64,000 nucleotides of DNA from Octopus sinensis (lineage: Eukaryota), in contig NC_042999.1 in the NCBI RefSeq assembly GCF_006345805.1, positions 147,188,001 through 147,252,000 on the forward strand, in the 5' to 3' direction. The notes beneath the pieces were generated by a model. The model had not been told where the DNA came from, did not search any database, and saw nothing but the letters and a program-made list of their open reading frames with translations. Shown here piece by piece: positions 1-11,168 of this stretch. Each line of letters opens with the position of its first letter. Positions within the stretch are counted from its first letter, which is position 1. The position numbers and the translations under genes are program-made.

Positions 1-2732
1 TATATTTATATACATACATACACACACATACGCGCACATAACCAAACACAGACAAACACGCATATATGTATATATGTATATAACTATATAACTATATATA
101 TATATATAGTTATATATTTATATACATATATACATATGTCTGTGAGTGTCTGTGTTTATGTACGTGCGTGCGTATGTATGTATGCATATATGTATGTTAA
201 TATACGTATGTAGTATAAAATATGGATTCAGAGAATCGTGTGGCTATCAGAGAAAGCTCCTCAAACGAACACGCGGCTAATAGTCAAGTCCATATAGTAA
301 ACCAATGAAAAAACATATAATATACTGTGCTTAAGCAGCTGAAATCCAAAAGATCCGATCGATTAAGTTATTTTATGAGGAGTATGTGAATGGTTATGGT
401 CAGGACATATGAGAGGTGAATATATTTATTTATACACTTTATATCCTCAAGACATCCCACTTGACAACCTTTAGAGTACAGCGGTTTTCCAACCTTCCTC
501 ATGTGGTGATAATTCTTCTGCAATTAAATTATTGCTTCATGAAGAAGGATGCAAAACGGCCGTAATCCAAAGGATATCAAGTGGTTAACTAAATATATTC
601 ACCTTTCATATCTTCTGATTTCATGGTTTATGGGCGTGCGTGGGTGTGAGCGTACGCGCCTGCGTTTGTGTGTGAGTGAGAAAGAGAGAGAGAGAGAAAG
701 AAAGAGAGGTCATTAATAATTTTTATTCGTATATATTTGGGCTTTTGCAAAGATAATAGATTAGCGGTCATGTATAAACACAGAAACGATTTACAAACCC
801 ATCAATATTCTGCAATATACTTATAATATTCCAATGCCTTATCAACAACATACGCAGGAAGATTTTTGTATAGTCCTTAGGGTAAAAGACATCAAAGAAG
901 GCATACACAATAAAATTGCCCTAAAACTGAGCATAGTTGATTTAACAATATTTTATATATCTAACCTCTGCAAATCTACAAATATTTCGTCGAAATATCA
1001 ATCAATTTATTCCATCTCAACTTACTAAATCTTAATTCAACCAGAACAAAATCCTTCCAGATCTCTGAATTTAATAAGGAAATATCTTCTAGACTACATA
1101 GGTGTAAAAATTATACATTACTGTGAGGGAAGAAATTCGATTGCTGATGCCACTATATATGTTCTGCAATGTAGTTGTCAGTTGAAGTTAGCAAATCTCA
1201 ATCTTTGTATCATTTTAAAACTCTCAAATTGCATAAAAGAGAGAAGATTAATAACTACTCTCCATATATAATTCTCTATTCAGAAACATTTAAAAGCGGA
1301 ATACAAGTGAATTATCTACGCCTCGTCAAAGAAGAAAAATACTTAAGCCTTATAAAAATGTCATTAATACAAATTAGTTCCATATAGTGGGCAGAAGTGT
1401 GAACATAAAATAATATCCCAACGTTAACAAGTACTTAAATTATGAATATGATACTTTTAGAAAATCCATACACACGGATTTACTTGTTTTATGAAAGTGA
1501 GAATAAATGCTTCCAGTTATTATCACAGACGAATATAGAACATTATATACTTACCCACACATAAACTGAGTCCGAGACACTCACACATGCTCAGTTTCGC
1601 ACCTTATCGTTAAAGGTGCGAAACTTGACAGTACCATTAGTCGATAACTGATGAAGAATACTGGACTTTCTGTTTATATCCCGTTCGTTTTTACATTCAG
1701 TATACGTTTGTTTATACATTTTCATTTATATATATCCCTGTAATGTTTTCAATAATTGCTCGTAAGTAAAACTATTTGTATAATACACACACACATGCTG
1801 GAGCGGTTGTATGGTAAGAAGCATGAATTTTTTTGTCTGTATTTGTACCACCACTATCGCTTGACAACCGATGATGTTGTGTTTACGTCAACGTAACTTA
1901 GCGACTCGGCAATAGAAACCGATAGTAAGTACTAGGCTTACAAAGAATAAGTCCTACTCTGTCAATGTGTTCGACTAAAGGCGGTGCTCCAGAATGGTTG
2001 AAGACAAATGAGTGAAACAAGTTGCCCCTGGTGGCTTCCCTCCACTCTCTCATAAATGGCACCAACCACATCAATCCGTCGATACTCCCCCCTTACATAT
2101 TCCAAACCCACCATCCCTATGCATCCCATACCACCCCTCCCCATCCCTTATACCCCCACCCTTGCTTCCCCCACTCTCGCCTCCCCGACCCAACATCACC
2201 ACACAACACAACACACTACCACACAACGCCACCTCACACCATACACCACACACCACCATACCACACCACATCAGACCAACCCGCTCACACTAGCACTGAC
2301 TACTTCCCAGCACCCACACCAGCGCACACACTAGCGCTGACCACTTCCCAGTACCTACACATCATCCACACACCTACACATGCACACACACACACACACG
2401 TCAAGGTCACAAGTCCCCTTCGACACGCATATACACGGTCTCACATACACACGCACGCGCAACTTCTTTTGGGGGTCACCACTACATTATTATCTCCTCT
2501 GTGACTCCTCTGTCCAGAATTCGCCATGATAGATCGCTAGCCCCTAACCCGTTTTCTATTTTCTCTCCCTATTTATTTCTGTGCTTCTTTCTGTTGAAGA
2601 GTGTAGGCTCGAAACGTTAAACACTTCCTCACTCCCCGAGCGTTAAACTAATACATCTGTTTGTTGTTTACACACCCGTCTTTGTCTTTCGTTTTTCTGT
2701 AAATACTCACTATATATAAATATATATATATA

Positions 2733-3659
2733 TCATCATCATTTAGCGTCCGCTTTCCATGCTAGCATGGATTGGATGGGTCAACTGGGGTCTGTGAAGC
2801 TGGAAGGCTTCGTCAGGCCCAGTCAGATCTGGCAGTGTTTCTACGGCTGGATGACCTTCCTAACGCCAACCACTCCGCGAGTGTAGTGGGTGTTTTTTAC
2901 GTGCCACCTGCACAGGTGCCAGACAGAGCTGGCGAACGGCCACGAACGGATGGTGCTTTTACGTGTCACCGGCACGGGGCCAGACAGAGCTGGCAAACGG
3001 CCTCGAACGGACGGTGCTTTTACGTGCCACCGACACGGGGCCAGACAGCTGGCAAACGGCCTCGAACGGACGGTGCTTTTACGTGTCACCGGCACGGGGG
3101 CCAGCCGAAGCTGGCAACGGACACGAACGGATGGTGCTTTTACGTGCCACCGACACGGTTGCCAGACAGAGCTGGCAAACGGCCATGAACGGACGGTGCT
3201 TTTACGTGTCACCGGCACGGGGGCCAGCCGAGGCTGGCAACGGACACGAACGGATGGTGCTTTTACGTGCCACCGACACGGGGCCAGACAGAGCTGGCAA
3301 ACGGCCACGAACGGACGGTGCTTGTACGTGTCACCGGCACGGGGCCAGGCGAGGCTGGCAACGAACACGAACGGATGGTGCTTTTACGTGCCACCAACAC
3401 GGGGGCCAGACAGAGCTGGCAAACGGCCACGAGCGAATGGTGCTTTTACGTATCACCGACACGGGTGCTAGACGAGGCTGACAGCGGACACGAACGGATG
3501 GGTCACTTAACTCCTGCTTTCTGATATATGATTTGATTTTGATTGTTCTCACTGGTCTTGCCGGGTCTTCTGACGCACAGCATACTTCCATAGGTCTCGG
3601 TCTCTGGTCATTTCCTTGGTGAGACCTAGAGTTCGAAGGTCGTGCTTCACCACCTCGAC

Positions 3660-3660
<1 letters not shown>
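2733..3660 (-). mobile_element. 5'-truncated RTE-type LINE: ORF2 C-terminus plus 3' UTR with (TGA)n tail
   Basis: Minus strand 3549-3660 reads WVEVVKHDLRTLGLTKEMTRDRDLWKYAV, the W..V..DL..LGL....A.DR..W C-terminal signature of RTE-type ORF2. The element ends in a tcatcatcat (TGA)n tail at ~2733. Confidence 0.75.
2899..3505. repeat. GC-rich minisatellite, ~10 units of 59-62 bp
   Basis: Units begin acgtg(c/t)cacc at 2899, 2961, 3022, 3081, 3142, 3204, 3265, 3326, 3386 and 3448. It accounts for the overlapping ORFs at 2772-3663. Confidence 0.95.
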
Positions 3661-3696
<36 letters not shown>

Positions 3697-3698
<2 letters not shown>

Positions 3699-4844
3699 GG
3701 TCACCCCATATATAATGCGGTTGTTTTCCAATTACATGAACTAAAGTTGGAAGGGGACGGTATAAACTACCAGCATCAACTTCCTATAAAAGCAGATAGT
3801 AATGTTACCTTGTACTTATTCATAGTACATGTTTTGACAAGTGCAGTTCGATTTTAACAATTATGTTTTCGAAGCTATAATGGAAGTGTCAAAGGAGTAT
3901 ATTCGACATATTTTGTTTTATGAGTTCAATAAAGCCAACAACGCAACGGAAAGTGCGAGGAATATTAAATGCAGTATACGGGGATCGGACAATAAGCATA
4001 AGCCAGTGTCCACGGTGGTCCCAGAAATTCCGAACCGGAAACTACACCTTAGAAGCCGAGCCGCGTCCCAGAAGATCTGTACAGCTCGACGGGGAACGTC
4101 CTGCAAACCTTGATGTAACAAATTTCTGTCGTAACTGTTGAGGAACTAGCAGAGAATTTTGGATTTCTTCATTGATCCATTAATCGACACCTGCGTACTA
4201 TCGAAAAAGTCAGCAAATTTTGTCAATGGGTTCTTCACAAACCTTCCGAGTCCAGTCACGAGCAGAGTGAATGTGTGCTTGTCTTTGCTGTCACGTCTCA
4301 CGAATGAACCTCTTTTGGGCCGAATAGTGATTGGTGACGAGAAATGGGTTCTTTATAAAAATGCTAAACGCCAAAGACAGTGGGTAGGGAAAAGAGAAAT
4401 GCCGACAACCCAGGCTAAAAAAGGTCTCCACCCAAATAAGAAAAATGGCCATCTTCGGTTTCATGACGAAATTTGTTCTTCCATCAGAATAATGCTCGGC
4501 CATATATAGTGAGGATGACATTCCAAAGGCTGGAGCAATTTGAAAGGGAAACTATATCCCACCCATATATTCGCCGGATATTGCACCATCTGATTATCAT
4601 TTATTCCGCAGTTTTCAAAATCATTTGAACGGAAAAATATGAATTCTGTTGACGAACCCAGAACAGTACTGGAAGAGTGTTTTTCATCACGGACATGTAA
4701 GTTTTGGAAGAGCGGCCTTGCAAGTCTACCAGATAGATGAAAGGGCATTGTAGAAATTGAAGGAGAATATATTTCAGATTAAAAAACAACTTTGTTTATA
4801 TTAATAAAAGTATAAAAAACCTCATTATTTATGGGATGACCCAA
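3697..4844 (+). mobile_element. Mariner DNA transposon, both TIRs present, inserted in TA
   Basis: Left end tgggtcaccccatatataatgcggtt and right end aacctcattatttatgggatgacccaa are imperfect inverted repeats flanked by TA. Confidence 0.92.
3880..4782 (+). pseudogene. Mariner transposase (DD34D type), frameshifted and internally deleted
   Basis: Fragments across frames: MEVSKEYIRHILFYEFNK (HTH), IVIGDEKWVLY, NNARPH, YSPDIAPSDYHLFR and a W..IVEIEGEYISD* end. Confidence 0.92.
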
Positions 4845-5029
4845 TATATGTATATATCGTTGCTATTATGTTAAACTATTGTATCTCCAAATTGAGCCAA
4901 ATGCATTTTTTCAATATTCACAATTGCAATAGTCGGTTCATCTTGATCAAAGTATCGTATCTCCAGCTGCTTGAGATGCCAAGATATCAAAACTTGTCAA
5001 ACAGTTTTGCTATGGAAAGTGCGAAACTA

Positions 5030-5381
5030 TTTTTTCGTTCATTATTTACATTATTTGCATTCGACGGTTATTTGTTCTCATCTTGTTTGTTGTTAATACA
5101 ACGTTTCGGCTGATATACCCTCCAACCTTCTTCATGTGTCTTGGGGAAATTTCGAACCTGGGTCATCATTCCTAAGGTATTTTTCGATGTTATTATTATG
5201 CATGTTATATATTATATCATTAACCACTGCGGCATATGCCCATGGGCATATGGCGTAGTGGTTAAGAGCGTAGACTACTAACCCCAAAATTCCAATTTCG
5301 ATTCCAAGCAGTGACATGAATAATAATAATAATAACAACATCGAAAAATAACTAAGGAATGAGAACCCAGGTTCGAAATTT
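5030..5381. mobile_element. Two head-to-head copies of a tRNA-derived SINE; the minus-strand copy has an HHR-like 3' part
   Basis: A box tggcgtagtgg at 5251-5261 and B-box-like ttcgattcc at ~5297. Palindrome centred at 5242/5243. 5146-5195 is an inverted match to 5327-5381. Confidence 0.75.
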
Positions 5382-5794
5382 ATTTATTTATTTACACCAT
5401 ACAAGAAAATAGTTTTGCTTCTGAGTATTTACTAAAATATTACCCTGATCAACTTTTATCAGTTTTTATCACAATTTTTCATATATGTGCGTGCCCCCCC
5501 CCCCATGGCATATGTTTTTAATAATAATTAACAAATACACTTGCTGTCAAACTTTGGTCTTTTGCAGAGATGACAATCAAAATATCATATATAAACGATT
5601 TCGAGGCTTATCTTTATCAATATTTGCGTCTCTTGAGTGAAGTAAATATAATATAGAATTATATATTTAAAATAAATTCATTCAGGAGAACAATAAAAAA
5701 GAGATTTAAGAAAATTTCATAGAAAAATATATTTATTATGATTTGCAAGCAAATAAGCACGAGAAAGAGCGATAGCTAGATAGATAGACAGAGA

Positions 5795-5878
<84 letters not shown>

Positions 5879-6554
5879 CAGAGGGTAGATGAAAAGGTAC
5901 AGAGAAACATACGAAAATGGAAGACGATATGCGAGATTTTAGCAGAGGTGTGCATATTCAATAGTCACACCCACATATCCATATATATACACGGTTACTT
6001 ATGCATATGTATATGAATAGACCTTTATATACCTGTGCGTGTATGTGTGTGCATGTGTGCGCAAGGACAGACATACGCACACACACACACGCACCTTTAT
6101 ATATGTCTACATGCATACACACACACGTATGTATTTATATACATACGTATATATTGTGTGTGTGTTTGTATATGTGTGTTCATGTGCGTGTGTATGTGTG
6201 CGTGCATCTCTCTATGTGTGTATGTGTGTATGTATGTATATAAATCCCTAGGTATATGGCTGTATGTTGAATATTGTCAAACATAACTGTTTCAGAACAC
6301 CATCAAACAATGGCTTTCGGCAAAGCACAAGTCTCACAAAGAATTGTCATAAACAGATAACAATGCAGGTGCATTTATTCCTGATCGTGAAACGAATTAT
6401 TTTCCTGGTCTCGCCTGGGAAAGATATGGCTGGAAATCGATTATGTAGGAAATGAAAGAGATCAGAACAGAATATATAAGTACAGGGAGAAGAACGAGAG
6501 GGGACAAAAAACACATCTAAGAAGGAAGAAGTAGAGGAAATCAGGACACACATA

Positions 6555-7062
6555 TTAAATGGAGGAATGGTAGCATGTAGGGTCGGGTGCTAGAAATATT
6601 AAGAGACGACGCCTGTGACGACGTATATAGAATGTAAATAACTCGGGTATCAGACACCATCTCAATTTCTCTTTCTTTTTCGCTAAACGAATTGGACATC
6701 TTGTGCTACCGATGGAATAAGTTTTGTATTTGACCAAGAAACCTTTTACACCAGTCACCTCTTTAATATTGCTCTTCTCCATTTCTGTAGTCTTTGCGGG
6801 GACCAATTATCTCTCAGTCCACTGCGTTTTAATCCTTATACAATCATAAGTTTCATTTTTGCCTGCTTTCTCTTTCCTGAACTGGATTTCCGCATTGCTT
6901 TTTATCCCGTTTGTGACATAACTCCGTAGTTAGCACAGCAGCATTGTCGCTAATACTGTTTTGGATTAAATATATGATAATTTTCCTCAAAAGTGTTGCC
7001 GGTTGGAAATCGAAAACAGCCATCTTTGCCACTTTTGTTACTTTAAGGTGGAGCGACTCCAT
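6555..7062 (-). pseudogene. Degenerate Penelope-like GIY-YIG endonuclease remnant
   Basis: LLRKIIIY...VLTTELCHKR and KYKTYSIGSTRCPIRLAKK...ELFTF..RRHRRRLL parallel the motif order of the better-preserved PLE endonuclease at 60625-61062. Confidence 0.5.
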
Positions 7063-7159
7063 TTCAAAACGCAGTATATCATTTTTAAACGAAACTAGAA
7101 GCCGTGCTAATCACCTGTTGACAAGGATTCATTAACCAATAATACGTACACGTTCACAT

Positions 7160-7191
7160 GTATGTGTGTATATATATGTGTGTGTGTTGTG

Positions 7192-7241
<50 letters not shown>

Positions 7242-7490
7242 GTATATATATATATATATATATGAAGTATGTATCGTGACGTATATTTGCACCACTGATG
7301 AATGGTCTACACCCAGAAACTCGCGTCCGTGTGTATCACGTCAGGCAGAAGACGGGAACGATAACTTCCCTTTGCAAATACTGATAGGGCACAGATAATG
7401 TGTCAATAGCCAGCTGGAGGAGATGTCTTCCTGGGGCTACAAGCATGGACCCTTAAGTATGAGCCACATTTAGGTGAGAAATATACTTCA

Positions 7491-7558
<68 letters not shown>

Positions 7559-7600
7559 ATTAAATGTTTATATATATATATAAACATTTAATATACACGA
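7160..7600. repeat. (TA)n / (TG)n microsatellite cluster
   Basis: Directly visible. Confidence 0.95.
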
Positions 7601-8359
7601 GAGATGCTTAAATGTACCCGGATTTGGGTAAAAAAATACAGGAGGATCAGTTTAGATTTTATTCAACGTTATCCCATCTTAGACTCACTTATTGCAAAGG
7701 TCCTTCATTCTTTTTCTAAAGCCAGGCATATTTAATTGCCCTCTCGTATATATTCACTAATTTATATAATTTATATCTTTTTTTGCGTTGCTTGTTGCAG
7801 ATATCAGCTGTGGAGTTGCTGCAGCATTGGCATTTTGTGTGTGGTAAGTATATAACATAGGCATACACGTACACATCTGTATTTGTTAGAGTGTGGTTTC
7901 TGTAGTTGCGATTTTTTAATGTGAGCACAATAATTAATAATAACATTCATATTCGTAGCGATCTGACAATTCAATTCAAACTACAGCGATTTTCTGAAAT
8001 CGGTCCCTAATATGCAGCACGTTAGCAACAGGAAATCTGACACTTTCTAACGAATATAATTATAAACCCGTGTGTGTGTGTGAGCGTTAGGGTGTCTCTG
8101 AGTGCGTGCTTGTGTCGAAACATATATGTGTGCGTTTGTGTGTATACATATATATATAATTAATCCAAACAAGTACACAAAAACCACAACAACGCGAGGA
8201 CGTGGAACAAATATAGTATTATTGGACGCTCAGGAAAGAAGGAGGGTTTAACGTTTCGAGCGGAGCTCTTCGTCTGAAATATAGGAGAAGGAAAGATCCA
8301 GAGAAGGGAAGACAGAGGAAAAAAATCGCCAACGGTACACACGAGGTCACATTTTGATG

Positions 8360-8389
<30 letters not shown>

Positions 8390-8391
<2 letters not shown>

Positions 8392-9256
8392 TATATTAGG
8401 CAAAGATGAAAAAAATAAAATAATACTGACATCTCATTTTGACAGATATTATACTTACCAAAATTATATAAGGATATCTTCAAATACTAAAGAGTAAATT
8501 TATTTAATAAAATTGCCATTGGCTTCAACCACAGCCCCCAGACGACTTCAGAATTTCCTGCAGCTCTTCTGGATTATCTCCTTGTTTAAGTTGGTGAGTG
8601 CTGCCATAACCCTTGCCTTCAGTTCATCTTTGTGTTACAAGGAGTTTTGTTGGTCTCTCGCTCAACTGCGCCCCACACATAGTAATCAAGGGGTTGCAGT
8701 CTGGAAAGTTAGGTGGTCAGATGTTAGGGGTGATGTGGTCGCAGAAATTGTCAAACAGGCATTATTGGGTTCTCCTGCTTGTGTAGAATGACGCAGATTA
8801 CTCTTGCCAGTCATAGAGTATTCCACCCTCTTTATCCAAGGTAGCACTATCTCCTCAAGGCACTCGATATAGGCCTCCGTATTGTGTCTGAGACTGTGCG
8901 GGAAGATTATTGTAGACATAACACCGCAACCACTAGTGATCGCCCCAAACACCATAAAATTGACTGGAAGTTTGATTTTTACCGCTCTCGATATAGATTT
9001 TTTGGGACACCGCAGGCCAAGGATTGTTCTGTGTATTCACCATCTGTTCGTATTGGACCTTCGGCACGAATTCCAAGCAGTATTTTATGTCGTTTCCAAA
9101 TTTCTGGCAGAGTGAATTACGTTATGTTGTTCTTTTTCTCACAGACGGTGCCCAAGAGACCCTAGTATACTGTGTAGTCGACAAAATCAGAACCAAACAA
9201 TGTGCATACGCAAAATTAAAAATGTAATATGACGACAATTTACCCATCGCACCTTG

Positions 9257-9258
<2 letters not shown>
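8390..9258 (-). mobile_element. Tc1/mariner-superfamily (maT/DD37D-like) transposon, internally deleted, one TIR visible
   Basis: MVFGAITS..VM..IIFPH.LR.NTEAYI.CLEE.VLPWIKRV, then P.FPDCNPLDYYVWGAVERETNKTPCNTKDELKA...GAVVEANGNFIK*. TA+caaggtgcgatgggtaaattg end at 9258. Confidence 0.85.
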
Positions 9259-9290
<32 letters not shown>

Positions 9291-9535
9291 ATATACATGT
9301 GTGTGTATGTATATGCATATATATATATATATATATATACATATATATACATGTGTATGTATGTATATTCATGTATATGCGTATATTTATATATATATAT
9401 GCATATTTATATATATATATGTACATATATATGTATACATATATCTATATATACACATATATCTATATCTATAAATCTCTCTCTATATATATAGTTATAT
9501 ATATATATATTTATATGTATGTATTATGTATTTGA
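9257..9535. repeat. (TA)n-rich microsatellite
   Basis: Directly visible. Confidence 0.95.
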
Positions 9536-10914
9536 TATTTACTTATATACGTATATAACTGTTAGTTTTTCCATTAATTCTGACTACGACCTTGCTAGTG
9601 TAATATGTAAATGAATACCTATTTAAATAAATAAGTACTGAAATTAAAGTAGTGAATGGAATTAAATCAATAAATTTAATTAATCAGGAGGCAATTGAAG
9701 AAACAATGAAATCTGAATAGAATTTGCGTAAAATTTGTACTATTTGTCACTTTGTGATTAAAGAACACAATTACTACAGGACCATAGATCTTTCCACCCT
9801 TATTAAACTTTCTGTGCACCTGAATCTACAGTGGTTGAAATTTCTATTGATACTGATAATGTGATACTCCGAGTGTAATCATAAAAGTTCTGTGACTCGA
9901 AGCTATCAGTATTGACTGAAATCTGGGACTGATATTATAGCTCTAAGTGAAATATGAGGTCACTTGACTGCAGGAAAGCCATTTGTAATATTTATGTAAT
10001 CAATGCAGTTTTTTATGCACAGGAAAATCTCGCCATCTAGTCGTTTTGAAAGTGTCTCTTTCGTCTTTTTTGTGTATAGTTTAAAATTGTTTGTTTTGTA
10101 GCTCCTGGTATTAAGAATGTTTCTGGAATTACTAATATATGACTGCCGGTCATGATGACAAAATCTTTGAGTTCGATAAAGTTCTTTATAATACTGTGAA
10201 TTTTCCATACATTATTTATAGGTTATCTTGTGTTTATTTTGTGCATGAGTCCTTTATTTGTTAATGTATTCTATGCAAACCTGTTAAGTTAGAAATGATA
10301 TTAACAATAGGGCTTCCTTTTATGGCCATCGTTTTTGTCAAAGTTATCGTTATTTTCATACAAATATTGTATATTCCTCTAGATTACTTGCAGACATTGG
10401 TCATTTTTAGTATAAGAATAATTACCATGTAAACGTTGTAAATCACCCATCAGTTCATAGGAACTGTCGTATTCCTGCATATCTTTTGCTTAATGGGAAA
10501 TATATTTCTCTGGTTTGAGGTAATATCGTTTGCCTGATCCCCTACTAATAGCTATCTTAACTTTTCCTCTCCCATATATTCACTTTTATTAGTTTATTCA
10601 GCATATTTCACCATTTTAAAACAGCATATTATTATACAAGAATATTCGAAAGAATTTTTTTGTGTTCAGTGATCACGAAAAGTGTCCCTTGCTACATTAC
10701 AGCTAAAATTATTATTTTGGTTTGATTTTAATTATGATGTGTAGGAAAGTTAAATTCATATGGTTATAAATTTGGCTTATGATTTGCTTTATAGTGATAT
10801 CCTTGATAGGTGTACATGCATGAAGTATAAGTTTCAATATAACTATATGATTGATGTATTCATGTTTGAAATTTGCTTAAAACACTATTTATTCTTTAAG
10901 TAGATATCATAACC

Positions 10915-11168
<254 letters not shown>

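Noticed and set aside
1585-1660. gtttcgcacct..aggtgcgaaac hairpin and a nearby CTGATGA
   Set aside because: It resembles only the 3' half of an HHR folded back on itself, with no complete motif.
1962-2504. His/Thr/Pro-rich ORFs
   Set aside because: They are translations of a C/A-rich low-complexity tract in all frames.
2899-3505. Long overlapping ORFs (138-193 aa), or a ribozyme in the 61-bp units
   Set aside because: The ORFs arise from a stop-poor GC-rich minisatellite in several frames, and there is no CUGANGA/GAAA core on either strand.
7555-7597. 42-bp palindrome around (TA)n
   Set aside because: It is short, AT-only and centred on a self-complementary microsatellite, so it is uninformative.
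7801-7843. Plus-strand candidate exon (DISCGVAAALAFCV) with good splice sites
   Set aside because: No supporting partner exons or recognisable protein, and such signals are expected by chance.
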